Shown: positions 1 to 13,398 of the stretch, in pieces
Numbering within the stretch: position 1 is the first letter of the stretch
How the letters are laid out: each line of letters opens with the position of its first letter
Source of the DNA: Chrysomallon squamiferum
Lineage: Eukaryota; Animalia; Mollusca
DNA length: 64,000 nucleotides
Direction of reading: 5' to 3'
Assembly (NCBI GenBank): GCA_012295275.1
Contig: CM022676.1
Coordinates: 8,618,001 to 8,682,000 of the forward strand
Program-made: the position numbers and the translations under genes
Notes under the pieces: model-generated
The model's input: only the letters and a program-made list of their open reading frames with translations
Told to the model about the DNA's origin: nothing
Databases searched by the model: none

Positions 1-161
1 AAAGATGCTGAGAGAAAATAGGTAATAGTTCTTTCATTATTTTTAATGGCCATTAAAGTCAGGCTGTAATTTACATTCTTCATTTAATAACTTGTTCCAG
101 AATCTTTTATAGGCAGTTTATTTAGGCCTGGTTTATTGAACTACAGGATGCAGTGGTTAAA

Positions 162-282
162 CTGTCTGTGTCTATATGTGTGGTGTGTGGTTTGTGGTGT
201 GTCTGTGTCTATATGTGTGGTGTGTGGTTTGTGGTGTGTCTGTGTCTATATGTGTGGTGTGTGGTTTGTGGTGTGTCTGTGT
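162..282. repeat. Minisatellite, about 38-bp GT-rich unit x3
   Basis: tgtctgtgtctatatgtgtggtgtgtggtttgtggtg repeated. Confidence 0.85.
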
Positions 283-374
283 GTGTGTTTGTGTGTTTTG
301 CTCTTTCAGTTTACTCTGTTATTTTCTTTCCACTTTCCATCTCCATAATATATAATGTAGGTATTATTAAGTAT

Positions 375-408
<34 letters not shown>

Positions 409-3400
409 TAGCACATTTACTACAGTTTCAACTGTTAGAGTTTAAAACAATGTAATTCTATCAGTGTTGATACAATAACAAATTAGTGTATTACAGGAAA
501 CAGTCTAGACTAGAATGTTTAACATTAAAAACATATGTCATGTTAATTGTAACCATACTGTTTGTTTAATGTTAATTTTAGATTAGTGTAAACCTTTGGT
601 TACTTCACCCTTATTTCCAGCTTGTTGAGTTTTTTGTTTTTGTTTTTGATCTTTTTTTTTTCTTTTTTTTCTTTTTTTTTATATCTTGCAAGTTCAGATT
701 CTGACCTACAGCTAGGTACATAGGTTAATTATAAATAAACAGAAACTTAATAATTAAAGCAGAAGCTTGTATTCACAGTGCATCCTAACTCCTGTGTGTA
801 AAGATGGATTTAAAATGTCCTATTTATGTTAATGGACAGAGTTGTTTTAGTAATAACCTGCAAATGGCTTGATGTCTCATACATTAAAACAAGAAATATA
901 AATAATGTTTAAAATTATAATATACTGAGGTCTCACTAAAAAAATGTTTTTTTTAATTTCTAGTTTATTTTATAATTTTGTTTCTTTTTTCTTTTTCATC
1001 TTCATCATCATCATTTTTTTTTTTTTTTTTTTTTGATTAATCTCACTTGTTTATTTGTTGCTTTTTTTGTTGTTGTTTTTTTGTTATTGTTTTCCTTGTT
1101 TGTTTTTAACTAATTTTAATTTCATTTTTACCTATTTATTTGTCGGTTTTATTATTTGTTTTCTTTATTTTTAAAAATGTTTTTTATATATTTATTTATT
1201 AAAATCTTCTTTTTTCATTTGCTTTTTATTTTTTTTTTTTTTTATTTATTCATTCATTCATTCATTCAGTTGTTCCCTCTTATTTCCTTTTGCAAACACT
1301 CAAAATTTTCAGAAGTCACTTCTTCTTTCATCCCGTTGATAGTGCTTTCCGACTTCCCCTCATTACTGCTGGCAGGCAGGAAACAGTTTTCTCTGTAATA
1401 ACTTTAATAAATATAATGAGCTCGTTTATACAGAGCTCGTTTTGAATCTATTCACATGTAAATACTGAAGTTTAGGAGGTATTAGTAAAAGTATTGTTCC
1501 TCAAAGCTGTAAAAATGGACTTGGTTTCGGTTAATTAATTTTATTACTCTGCAAGTGAATTAACAGGAATTTTAGGTCAATATATTTTGTTATTGCTATG
1601 GCTGTTTTCATGGTGGCTTGGATTAATAAAGAAAGTATTCTTTATAGGGTACATATATAATTAAGTTGAAAGATAAATTAGGTACAGGAATCAATATGCA
1701 CTGTTTTAATTCAAATTTTTAAAAGAAATGTTCATTAATTTTTTGTTTGTTGTTTATATAAATTATTTGAAAGGTTAATTTGACACCACACTATTCACTG
1801 TTTTCAAGTTTAAAACACTTTATTCAGTATGGTTAAATGTTTTTGTAATGGCTGGGAAAGTGCTTTTTGAGTGTATACAATTCATTTGATTGTATTTCAT
1901 ACAGCAGTATTCACTGTTTCAGTTTGTTTAAAATTTTTATTAATTAATTTATTCTGTATGGTTAAATGCTTTCATGGTTGCTGGGAAAAATGCTCTTTGT
2001 AGTGTATATGTAATTCTGTAAATGTAAGATAAATTTAGCTCAGCAATATTCACCGTCTTAAATGAAATTTAAGAATTATTCTACATGGTTCGAAATGTTC
2101 ATAATGTCCTGGAAGGTGACGTTTGTTGTATATGTATATAATCCATGTTTTAATTAAGAGTTAAACCAGATTCATTAATTTATTCATAACAATTTTCCCT
2201 GTAAGAGACCCAACAGCTAATGTACTACTGTGCTTATTAGTCTATATATTTATTGCTGTATCACAAAGCATCCAATGTCAGTTCATCATTAATGTTGTTA
2301 TTAAAATAATCCATCGTTAGTTGTTTGTAAAGTATATTTTAAAATGTTAATTATCTTGTAACTCACAGCTTTTTTTTGTTCTGTTGAGTTATCTTCAAAT
2401 TTTCATTCATGTATTCAGTTGTAAAAGAGGCAGTAAAGAGCTCTTATCTAAAAACTAAATACAGTATGTGAAGAAAATTTAAAAAAAAAAAAAAAAAAAA
2501 GATGGTTTTAGAAATAGCAATATCATTTAAATGTTACAGCTGTTAAAATCTTATATCAGTAAATTTAAATTACTCTGAGTGAGGAAATGGAATGGTTTAG
2601 TGATCATTATAAGCACCAAATAAATCAATAAATCAATAGGAAAATAAAACAAAATAAATAAATAAATAAATAAATAAATAAAAATAAAATTATATTACAA
2701 CATACAGGTTATCTCACTGTATTCTGCTTTTGAAATTGCTATAAAAATATCTTGACCACTTCTCACAAAGAAGTTGGGTTCACTATTTTTTTTTTTTTTT
2801 TAAATTGGCATTTGCTTTTCTGCTTTTTTTTTTTTACTGATTATAATTAAAGAAAAAAACACAAGGAAGTTTTGTGGTTATAATTAACAGTATATTTAGG
2901 GAGGTTATCATTAACAGGAAGGGGTATCTTTAAATTTAGCAGATTATCACTGTTATTTAGGGTTATCTCTCTATACTGGTAAAGTTTTATCTTCCCAGTG
3001 GGATAAAGTTATCTTCATGTTGCAAGAGAGTTACCTCCAAATTAGGTATGTCTTATCACCAAGCTTGGGAGGGTTAAAATCTCCATGTTAAGCAGAGAAG
3101 GGGGTTATCTCCTACTACAGTACTTATTGGTATTCTGCTTTGGTAATGCGCAGTGATTTATAACATCCAATCAGATGCCAGAACACTAAGCTTTTCTTTG
3201 TCTTGTTAATATTGATTGGCTGATCGATAATTCTTAAGGTTGTTATTTCTCCCGCTATGGTCCTTTTCAGATTTTGTTTTCCCCGATTCCTTGCCATACG
3301 GCTCAAGTCCAGCAGCAGTGTCTTTGGAAGCTATTTATTTTATCTTTATTCGAGGAAGTCCAGAATCAATACCCTTGTATTACCACTGAGCTAGTAAATG

Positions 3401-3702
3401 CAAGCTTTTTCGATTTAGTATTAATTAATTGGTGATGGTGGTGAAGAATTGTGGTACATAATAAATAAAACAGCAGGGTTTGCTCAGCGGGAGGTCAAGT
3501 TTTCTTTGTCAACTAGGTAGAATATGGATTCACGACTCGAGTGACAACATCGTCTGGGCTGATGGTGAAAGCACTTAGGTTCCTGTTGATGTTGGGAATA
3601 AATAAGAGTTTTGAAAAGATATATAAATAAAATAGCGTTGTTGACCGTAGTCTGAGATTTTCAGTTTGTGTCCTGGAATGGTGTCTTTTTTTTTTTTTTT
3701 TT

Positions 3703-4050
3703 TTTTACAGTGTGTGGTGTCTGGGTCAGGGTTTGGGAAAGGTTTGTGCATCTGAAGTCAGTGGAGTATTTGTTTTTACAGTGTGTGGTGTCTGGGTCAG
3801 GGTTTGGGAAAGGTTTGTGCATCTGAAGTCAGTGGAGTATTTGTTTTTACAGTGTGTGGTGTCTGGGTCAGGGTTTGGGAAAGGTTTGTGCATCTGAAGT
3901 CAGTGGAGTATTTGTTTTTACAGTGTGTGGTGTCTGGGTCAGGGTTTGGGAAAGGTTTGTGCATCTGAAGTCAGTGGAGTATTTGTTTTTACAGTGTGTG
4001 GTGTCTGGGTCAGGGTTTGGGAAAGGTTTGTGCATCTGAAGTCAGTGGAG
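3703..4050. repeat. 71-bp tandem repeat, about 5 near-identical copies, in an APP intron
   Basis: ttttacagtgtgtggtgtctgggtcagggtttgggaaaggtttgtgcatctgaagtcagtggagtatttgt; decayed copies near 4170-4230 and 4320-4350. Confidence 0.95.
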
Positions 4051-4286
4051 TTTGTTTTTACATTTGTTTTTTTGGGGAAAGGTGGTCTGTGTGTTTTTGT
4101 TTTTGGAGGAGATGAAGTCTGATAAAAGGGAAAAAAACTGGTTTATAATTGTGTGTGTGTGTCTGTGACACAAGGTTTGTGCAAAGACTGGAGTACACAT
4201 TTTACAGTGTGTGGTTCTGATATTTGGGAAATATATAGATAAAGGAAAATTTGAGACATACACAGGAAGACAAATTTTTAGAGTGT

Positions 4287-4319
<33 letters not shown>

Positions 4320-4881
4320 TGAGGTGTCTGGGTCAGGGTTTGGGAAAGATCTGAAGAGAGGAGTTTTGTTTTACTGGATGTTTTATTTTTCAGTTTAATA
4401 AATTTTAAATTGAAATTCAAAGCAATTTAATGCAATGAGAACTTGTCCAAAGGAAACAAATTGAAATTGTCACTTGTTAAATAACTCTTTTGTGAAGAAG
4501 TCAAATTGTGTTGTTTGGGAAAGGTTGTGATTAATTTCAAATAATGTGCATTTTCAAATAAATTTAAACAAAACAGTTTTTAAGTAATTTATAAAGAAGA
4601 TTAATTGTCATTACAAAAAATCATTTCTGAAGAATTCACTTTGGCTGTTTGGGAAGACATATAAATTCATTTCTATGAAGATTCAAATTTAAAATTGGAT
4701 TCATTTAAAAAATAAGAAATATATATTAAAAAAAAACAGAAGATTTTTCTTTGTTAATTAAAAAAATAATTCAGAAAACAATTGATGGTTTGTTCATTTA
4801 CAAATTAAATTTTATTTCTTGAAACATATTTCTGTATTTTTTGTTTATTTCAGTAATGAAATGATGTCCGACATTTTTCAA

Positions 4882-4951
<70 letters not shown>

Positions 4952-6158
4952 ATTGTGGTTGTAGTAGTATTAGTAGTAATAATAGTAATAAGAAGATGAT
5001 TAAGAAGAAACAAAATAAATAAATAATCTTTATTTATACAGCACATGTCTTTATATGCTATAATGATGTTTTATATTCACTATTTCCCTCAGGTTTTTTA
5101 ACAGCTCTTATACAACCATCTAATTTACAAGTAAAAAGCAGGATAATTGAAAAAGGAAAAAACTCACCTGAGAATATATAAGTTAATTGACGTGTGACAT
5201 AATTAGTTATATCAAACATGTTGTTTTGTCGTCCACTGCTGATTAAAAATGTCTGATAAAGTCAGTGACCAGTGGTCAGCTTGTTATAATGTTTCTTTAT
5301 TGACCATTAGACAGATATGAATATTCTTTTTGTAATTAAGACAAGAAAAATGAAGAAAAAAATGAGCTGTAAGATAATAATAAGAAAGAAATGAACACCA
5401 AATGTAATAATATATAAATACAAAAAATAAATAATAATAATAGTAATAAAAATAAATAAACTTAAATAACTTATTAAATAAATAAATAAATAAATAAATA
5501 ATAATAATACAACTCTTGGGAAGGGGTGTTTTGAAAAAAAAAAAAAAAAAAAATTAAGAAATTAATCATTAGTAAGTAGTATTCAATGCCTTTTATGTCT
5601 TAAAGAACAACCACAGAAAGGATTCAGGAATGAGCAGATTATATTCTGTATGAATTCTGATTATTGTTTCTTTTAAGCTTTCTTTTATTTTGCTAATTAT
5701 AAATTCTATGCTTCAAAGCTGAAAATAATGGAAAATACAATATTTAACATCCAGTAGGTGGTGTCAGGAAATTAATCAGTTTGTTGAAATTGTGTTATTG
5801 AACAAAACCGAGTTTTCCAGTTAGAACGTATATTATGTAAATTATTACTGAAAGTTTATTTCCATGTGGCATGTGTTTCCATATTTAGTGTTAGTGAGGT
5901 TGTGTCATTGAATCCATTTTTCTTTATAAGAAATGGAAACTCGATATAAACTGTACATAATTTATACAGTTAATAAGTATTCCTTTCATTTTAAACTGTT
6001 TCTGCATTGATAACAGAAAAATCAATTTGCAGTAGCGGTTTCTTTAAATTTAAGCAGTTTCTTCTTTTGAGTAAAATATAACCTAAATACAGTGTATACA
6101 CAAATCATGCTTTTATGTGTGTGTGTACATATTCATTTACATATATATATACAAATAC

Positions 6159-6223
<65 letters not shown>

Positions 6224-6338
6224 CAGACAGACAGACAGACAGACATAGATATATATAGCTGTATAATCCTTATAGCTGTATAATCCTTACATTTCCAGCC
6301 ATTTCTGAAACAAAATAAATCATTTTTATACTTTGTAG

Positions 6339-6559
6339 ATTCTGGACCTCCTCGGAAGATGCACGTGCACGAGGACAGCAAGGACACAAAGCAGGATCAC
6401 CACCGCGCTGGCAAGCCATACGGTGCTGAGAAGAATGCAGAGAACATCTACGACACGTACCTGCATGGACACATTCCCAAAAAGTATAAAAATGAACACG
6501 AGTTCTACGAGGCAGCACGTTCCGAGATGAGAAAAGAGCAACAAGCGAAAAACACAAAG
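6339..6559 (+). CDS. APP: APP exon (linker / start of E2: ...YLHGHIPKKYKNEHEFYEAARSEMRKEQQAKNTK)
   Basis: ctttgtag acceptor, AAG|gtatt donor, phase 1 to 0. Confidence 0.9.
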
Positions 6560-6688
6560 GTATTACTATATACCAGTTTAATACACGAGAAATTTAAATT
6601 CTCTCTCTCCTTCCCTCTCTCTCTTCTCTCACACTTTCTTGTTCTCTCTCTCTTTCTCATAAAACCAAATTCTCTCTCACACTTTCTT

Positions 6689-6739
<51 letters not shown>

Positions 6740-9401
6740 CTGTCTCTCTCTTTCTATCTGTCTCTCTGTCTCTCTCTGTCTGTCTGTCTGTCTCTCTCTC
6801 TCATATAACCAGACACACACACTCAGAGATACACAGAAACACAAACACAGATGCACAGAGAAACTCTCACACAGTGACAGATACACAAACACCACAAACA
6901 TACACACAGGACACACGTGCATACACACATAACAAATACATATGGAAACAGAGACACACACTCACACACAATACACACACACCCCTACTCTCACACTACT
7001 CGCTCACACATACACACACACTCTCACACACACTCTCACACTCTCTCTCACACCAGTGTTTCTTCTTCTAATTGATGATGTATTTTTTTTTCTCAGCTGA
7101 TGAAGGAGTGGACAGCGGCCAGGGAACATGTTGCTGAGCTGAAGAAGACTGACCCCAAGAGTGCGGTCAAGCTGTCGGACGAGATCACCGAGGTGAGAGA
7201 GACTGTGAAATTTAATTAAATTCATTATAACCATGATGTTCTGATGAATGTCAGACAACAAAATGACATATAAATGGTAGCTGAAAGCTTGGCTGTTTTC
7301 CTCTTGTTAGAAATATGTTCACTGAAAAAAGAGCTATTTTTGTTGTTGTTTTTATTGTTGTTATTGTTATTATATACATACATACATCTATATATATATA
7401 TATATTCACTCATTCATTCACTTTTATACCTTTTATTGATTCATTCTATTATGTCTGTCTTTTTTTCATTCTGTCATTTCTCCATCAGTCTTTCTTTCAG
7501 TCTGTCATTCATTTCATTCTGTCAGTTTTCATTCTGTCATTTCTCCATAATTCTTTCTTTCAATCCTGTCATTTCTGTCATTCTGTCATTCTTTTCATTC
7601 TATCATATCTCCATCATTCTACTTTCTTTCTGTCATTTTTCTGTCATTCTTTCAGTCCGTCATTTCTCCATCATTCTTTCTTTCAGTCCGTCATTTCTCC
7701 ATCATTCATTCTTTCAGTCCGTCATTTCTCCATCATTCTTTCTTTCATTCCATCATTTCTCCATCATTCTTTCTTTCATTCCATCATTTCTCCATCATTC
7801 TTGCTTTCATTCTCTCATTTCTCCATCATTCATTCTTTCATTCCATCATTTCTCCATCTTTCTTTCTGTCACTCTGTCACACTCAGAGCTGTATTAATGA
7901 TGTTTCAGAGGTTCCAGCGACTGTACCAGGCATATGAACAGGAAGATGAGGCAGAGAAGGAGCAGATTGTCGCTCTGCATCAGCAGCACGTGCAGAGAGA
8001 CCTCAACGAACACAAGAGAATGACGATGGAGAAATACATGAATGCCCTCCAGAAGAAAGATGTGAGAAAAAAAAAAACATCAGACTTTTCTTATCATTTT
8101 TATACTTAGTAAATACTTACTTATGAAAAATATTTTTCATTTCCAGTGAGTTTACACTAAGTAAATATTGAATTTCTTAAAATAGTCGAACATTTTCAAC
8201 CAAATCAGCTTCAGGGTGGATTTGATTGATGTAAGCTGCAAATAAAATGATAATATTTACCATTAAATCTTTTGACTATTCTAAAATAAACGTTTTTATG
8301 TGATTGTAGTCATTATCGTCTTCATGGAATCTATTTAAAACCTTTTCAGTATTTCCATTTATATTACCACCACTATCATCATCTTTTTTTAAATTTTTTT
8401 ATTTCAATATAAAATGTTTTCAAATGGTTGAAATACTGTTACTTACAACATACCAGAAGTACAACAACCAACATCGTTATTATTCATTGTGATCAGAAAT
8501 CTTCATCTTTATTAAAATCACAAACACAACCATTACACCATCATCATCATCATAAACACAGCCATATCATCACCATCATCATTATCATAAACACAGCCAT
8601 CACATCATCATCATCATCATAAACACAGCCATCACATCATCATCATCATCATCATCATCACAGCCATCACATCATCATCATCATCATAAACACAGCCATC
8701 ATCATCCAGTCACAAAGCCATCATCAGCACAGACATCATCCATCAGCAACCATCAGCAATCAATATCACCATCATATTTATTACCATCATCACAAGCATC
8801 ATCATCATCATCATCATTTTTAAAGTTTAACTCTCTCTGTTTCCCAGGCTCACAAGATTCTCAAGTACTTGATTGCGTACCTGAGGACTGAGGAGAAGGA
8901 CAGGATGCACACCATCAACCACTACGAGCACATCAAGTACACCCACCCCGAGGAGGCCGTGCGCATCCAGCCTCACATCATTCAGCATCTTCATCTCATC
9001 GAGCAGCGCATCAACCAGAGTCTTCAGATGTTGTCGCGGTTACCAGACCTCGAGAAGACCATCAAGCCCAAAATTGGTAAGAAAATGTTTAAATTTTTAT
9101 TATTATTTTTTATTTTTTTGTCTTGATAAATAATTTTTTTTAGAGGTTTCCAACAATTAAAGAAACTGTTCATGGTTAAACCTTCTGCTGCAGAGTTTCT
9201 GTATTAAGCTTTCCTTTTATTTTCATGTGTTCATTTTTTCTTTTACTCTTTCTTTATCTGTCTTCTGTTGTTTCTCAAGCATACCTTCGCACATGCACGT
9301 ACATACTTCTGCTAGTTATTACAGACATATTTTAAACATGAAAGAAGTCTTTTGACAGAAATACATACATACATACATTCATACATACATATATACATAC
9401 A

Positions 9402-9432
<31 letters not shown>

Positions 9433-10081
9433 TCACTCAATAAATGCACTTTCATTCCAATAAGCTTTATTTTTGATCTGTGCCTGAATATGTTGATATT
9501 CATCTAAGCATCATATCTTGCAATCACGTACAGTGAAATACATGCGCACACACACACATACATATATGTATTTATCTACATTCTTTATATATATATATAT
9601 ATTTACATCTTTTCTTTATTGCTACAGAAAAATTCCTGACGAAATACAAGGCCATTGATGCCACCATCAAGAATGTTCTTGTTGTTGCTGAGAAACCCGC
9701 CCACATCAACGAGGTTGTCACCGAGGATGTTAAGGAAAAACATGGTGAGTGCTGTGTGTTGTCTATTTTGTATACGTTGTTGTATACATTGTTGTTTGTT
9801 GTTGAAAATCACTTTTTGTAAATTATAATTCTTCAGGAAATTTTTTTAATTTTATTTTCTGTTTTAAGAGTTAGATATAAAAAGTGTTGCAAGGAATAAT
9901 GAAATTATAATTATTGTGTTTGCATGTTTTTTCTAAATATTTTCATTTTATTATTTTATTTTATTATCTTTAATCTGTCTTGGTGTTTATCCATTTATCT
10001 CCATCTACCTTCTGTACATTTCTTTTTTATGTATCTCAAGTTCTTTTTCTCAGTTATTATTTTAATTCTGCCTGTTCAGTT

Positions 10082-10136
<55 letters not shown>

Positions 10137-10211
10137 TTTGTGTATTTGTGTGTTGTAGTTGACAAGAAGGAGAACATGAGTTCTAACAAGAAGCAGACTG
10201 TCAGTGTGTTT

Positions 10212-10242
<31 letters not shown>

Positions 10243-11155
10243 GTGTGTTGTAGTTGACAAGAAGGAGAACGTGAGTTCTAACAAGAAGCAGACTGTCAGT
10301 GTGTTTATTATTTATTTATTTATTTATTTATTTGTGTATTTGTGTGTTGTAGTTGACAAGAAAGAGAACGTGAGTTCTAACAAGAAGCAGACTGTCAGTG
10401 TGTTTATTATTTATTTATTTATTTATTTATTTGTGTATTTGTGTGTTGTAGTTGACAAGAAGGAGAACGTGAGTTCTAACAAGAAGCAGACTGTCAGTGT
10501 GGACTCAGACGAGACTCATGAAGATGAACATGCATACGAACATGACGACCAGTTCTTTGCCCACCAACAAGACCACAGCATAAATATCAAACAAGTAAGC
10601 TGATAAACAAACATGCATGCATGCACTCAAGCAATGCAAACACACATAGAGTATGTATTAGAGAGAGAGAGTGTTCAAGTATGTATAGACTTTGGTACAC
10701 AAACACACACACACACACACACACACACAGCTCATACAAACAAACATACAGAAACATCTTGCATACCTATGTACAAACAAATATATATTGGTAAACACAT
10801 ACATAGGCACATAACTACTTACCTGTGTACATAAGTACATGAAAAAAAAGAACAAAGATGCAGATATTTGTTATGATAAAATAAGATAAAGAGACATACT
10901 GATGTGTAGATAATTGATTAATAATGAATATAAAATAGGTACTTACATGTAATTACTTTGATAGGGAAAGTGACAAGTAAGTAATTATTATTATTCATGG
11001 AATTATTTGTCATACCAGTTTTTTCAGACTTCTCATTCAGTCTAATAATAAAGTAAATTTTTGAAAACTAATGATTTAATAACAATCTGCTGAACAGGGT
11101 TTTTTTGTTTATGTGTCTGTCTGTCTGTCTCTGTCTCTCTCTCTCTCTCTAAAAA

Positions 11156-11216
<61 letters not shown>

Positions 11217-11699
11217 AGAATGAATGAATGAATGCAAGCACACACATTTCTGCACAATAAATTACAAATACTTATTCATCACAAGGAATAAACAACATCA
11301 AAACCATTTCCACACAACAGATTTAACAATAACTCATGCCCTGTGATAAATCATAATAATATATATTTATTTTTTCATCTACACAACAAATTTACAAAAT
11401 ACTTTTACTTTTCATCGCAGGGAATGAAGAATGTCAAATCAATTTCCGTGCAATCGATTCAAGGAGCAGCTGTTGGTTCCACTTTCGCCATCGCTATTGG
11501 CAGTATCTCCGTTTTCGTCATCATCATCGTGGCTATCGTCATGCTGCGACGTCGCAGCACTCGCCAGTCGGTGACCCACGGCTACGTCGAGGTTGACCCT
11601 GCAGCCTCGCCAGAGGAACGTCACGTTGCGAATATGCAAATGAATGGATACGAAAACCCGACATACAAATACTTTGAAGTAGCACCAACTCAACAGTGA
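6339..11699 (+). CDS. APP: Amyloid-beta precursor protein homologue (APP/APPL), 3' part, 7 coding exons; 5' exons lie upstream of the window
   Basis: Phase-compatible GT-AG exons 6339-6559, 7097-7192, 7909-8061, 8848-9076, 9628-9744, 10452-10594 and 11421-11699 splice into one ORF. It contains E2-domain motifs (LMKEW, EEKDRMHTINHYEH), a TM helix (FAIAIGSISVFVIIIVAIVML), an RRR stop-transfer and the tail VEVD..PEERHVANMQMNGYENPTYKYFE. Confidence 0.96.
7097..7192 (+). CDS. APP: APP exon (E2: LMKEWTAAREHVAELKKTDPKSAVKLSDEITE)
   Basis: tctcag acceptor, GAG|gtgag donor, 96 nt. Confidence 0.93.
7440..7870. repeat. Pyrimidine-rich degenerate minisatellite (about 31 bp)
   Basis: gtcatttctccatcattctttctttca repeated, immediately upstream of the APP acceptor at 7908. 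Confidence 0.8.
7909..8061 (+). CDS. APP: APP exon (E2: RFQRLYQAYEQE...LHQQHVQRDLN...ALQKKD)
   Basis: tttcag acceptor, GAT|gtgag donor, 153 nt. Confidence 0.93.
8848..9076 (+). CDS. APP: APP exon (E2: AHKILKYLIAYLRTEEKDRMHTINHYEH...)
   Basis: ttcccag acceptor, G|gtaag donor. Confidence 0.94.
9628..9744 (+). CDS. APP: APP exon (EKFLTKYKAIDATIKNVLVV...VKEKH)
   Basis: gctacag acceptor, G|gtgagt donor, phase 1 to 1, open frame. Confidence 0.88.
10081..10501 (+). repeat. Tandem repeat (95-99 bp x4) containing an APP splice acceptor and the first ~50 exon nt
   Basis: gttgtag|TTGACAAGAAGGAGAAC...GTCAGTGTG with exon-like starts at 10159, 10254, 10353 and 10452. Confidence 0.95.
10452..10594 (+). 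CDS. APP: APP exon (juxtamembrane acidic segment VDKKENV...HSINIKQ)
   Basis: gttgtag acceptor (last of four tandem copies), CAA|gtaag donor, phase 1 to 0. Confidence 0.85.
11421..11699 (+). CDS. APP: APP terminal coding exon (TM and intracellular domain)
   Basis: tcgcag acceptor, TM helix, GYENPTY motif, TGA at 11697-11699. Confidence 0.97.
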   Translation, partial: GMKNVKSISVQSIQGAAVGSTFAIAIGSISVFVIIIVAIVMLRRRSTRQSVTHGYVEVDPAASPEERHVANMQMNGYENPTYKYFEVAPTQQ

Positions 11700-13257
11700 G
11701 GAAAAGAAAGAAGGAGGAAGGAATGAGGAAGGAGGAATGTGTAGTATTGGAGGAATAAAGTTTAAAAAAAAAGAATTGTTTAAGAACTGGAGGAATGATT
11801 GTGTTTAAAAAAAAAAAGTTAAAAAGTTAAAAAGAAACAAACTAAACTTACCTTCATTTAATTTGTCGAGTTTATTTTGTACCTCATAGAAAAAAGCAGG
11901 GCTTGAAATTGCGACATTTCGTTTTGTTAAAAGTCGGAGTTGATTTTTGCTAAAAAAAATTAAAAAGATGTTTTTTAAAAAAAATAAAAATAAAACTTTG
12001 TTTTTGTAGAAGAAGCTATCCTAAATGTACTGGAGATTTTAGTAACTGTTCTTATTTTAGAAAAATTGTACTTAATTTGATATTGTTTTAAAAACTATTC
12101 AGTGTTTTGTTTATAGTTTTTAACTGTTATCTAATTTGCATATAAATCTAACACATAACAATGCATTAAGTTTTATTTTTCCTTTCTTTTTTAAACTTTA
12201 CTTATTTTATTATTTATTTATATATGTATGTATATTTTTTCTTTCTTTAATGCAGTTAACAATAATCTTGCTCATAAATTGAAACAACTGTCAGTAAAAG
12301 TAAAATAATTTCTCTATGCAAGATTATCATATTTATTAGTGTTAAATCATTTGCTTATACTTACCCAAAACTTGATAATAAATTCTTAAGTTATAAATCT
12401 TTGTCATTAACTGAATAAAAAAAAAATCTGATACTAAAAATTTTCGATATAAGTTTTAAAAAACAAATTTTCAAGTTTTATAAAAAAAAATCAAAAGAAA
12501 AAAAAAATAATAAATGCCCTATTTTAAATTTTAGAATGTCTTTTCTGAAATATTTAACATTAATTTTATAAAGAAATTAAAAATCAAATATAATAATGAA
12601 TTTGAAATATATAAATTATTGAAAATTGACTAAGTACCATAACCAGAATTTGAAAACTAATTATCTTAAATATTTATCTTAAAATATTTTGATACAGTTC
12701 AATTCAGAATTTCATTAAAGAAAATTTCAGTTTTGGATTATTTGATAATAAAATGAGCATCAATGCTCAAATTATTTCATTGGTTGTTGAGTGAAAACCA
12801 TTTTTAACATAAAGGTTTTCTTACAATGCATTCCAGCTTAAGTAACTTTCATTTTAAAATTATTTTATTTATTTATGTTGGTGAGAAAATATTTTTTTTT
12901 TTTTTTTTTAAAGGAAACAAAATTTTTTAGTAACTTATTTAGTTGCGTTTTGATATTCAGTAGGAATTATTGTAACAGTATTCTGTGTTTGTGTAAAAAA
13001 TAAATAATAAAAAAGTAATTTAAAAAAAAAAATAAAAAATCTATAAAAAAAAAAAAAAAATGATTCAGTTGTGAAGAATTGTGAAATGATGAATATAAAA
13101 CAAAAAATATATAAATGTTTGGTAAGTTTATGAGAATATTTGCTTTCATTTTGCTAAAAAAAGAAAACAGATTTGCTGTTCCATGTGGCATTTATGTTTT
13201 TAAGACAATAAGGACTAGAAAAGTACGATTTTAAAAATAAAATCAGGTTTTAGACTT

Positions 13258-13295
<38 letters not shown>

Positions 13296-13398
13296 ACTTG
13301 TATTATAAGAGATGCCAGTTATTTTTTAAATAACGATACCTCATCTTTCTTTTTAAACCTAATCCCACCAGGAGGTTTCCAACAATGACAGTTTGTGA

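Noticed and set aside
1-26. Possible APP exon end (ag|gtaata)
   Set aside because: The frame needed to join the phase-1 exon at 6339 contains TGA, and too little sequence is visible.
3124-3650. Possible retroelement or transposase fragment in the GC-richer island
   Set aside because: No RT, integrase or transposase motif was recognisable in the frames examined.
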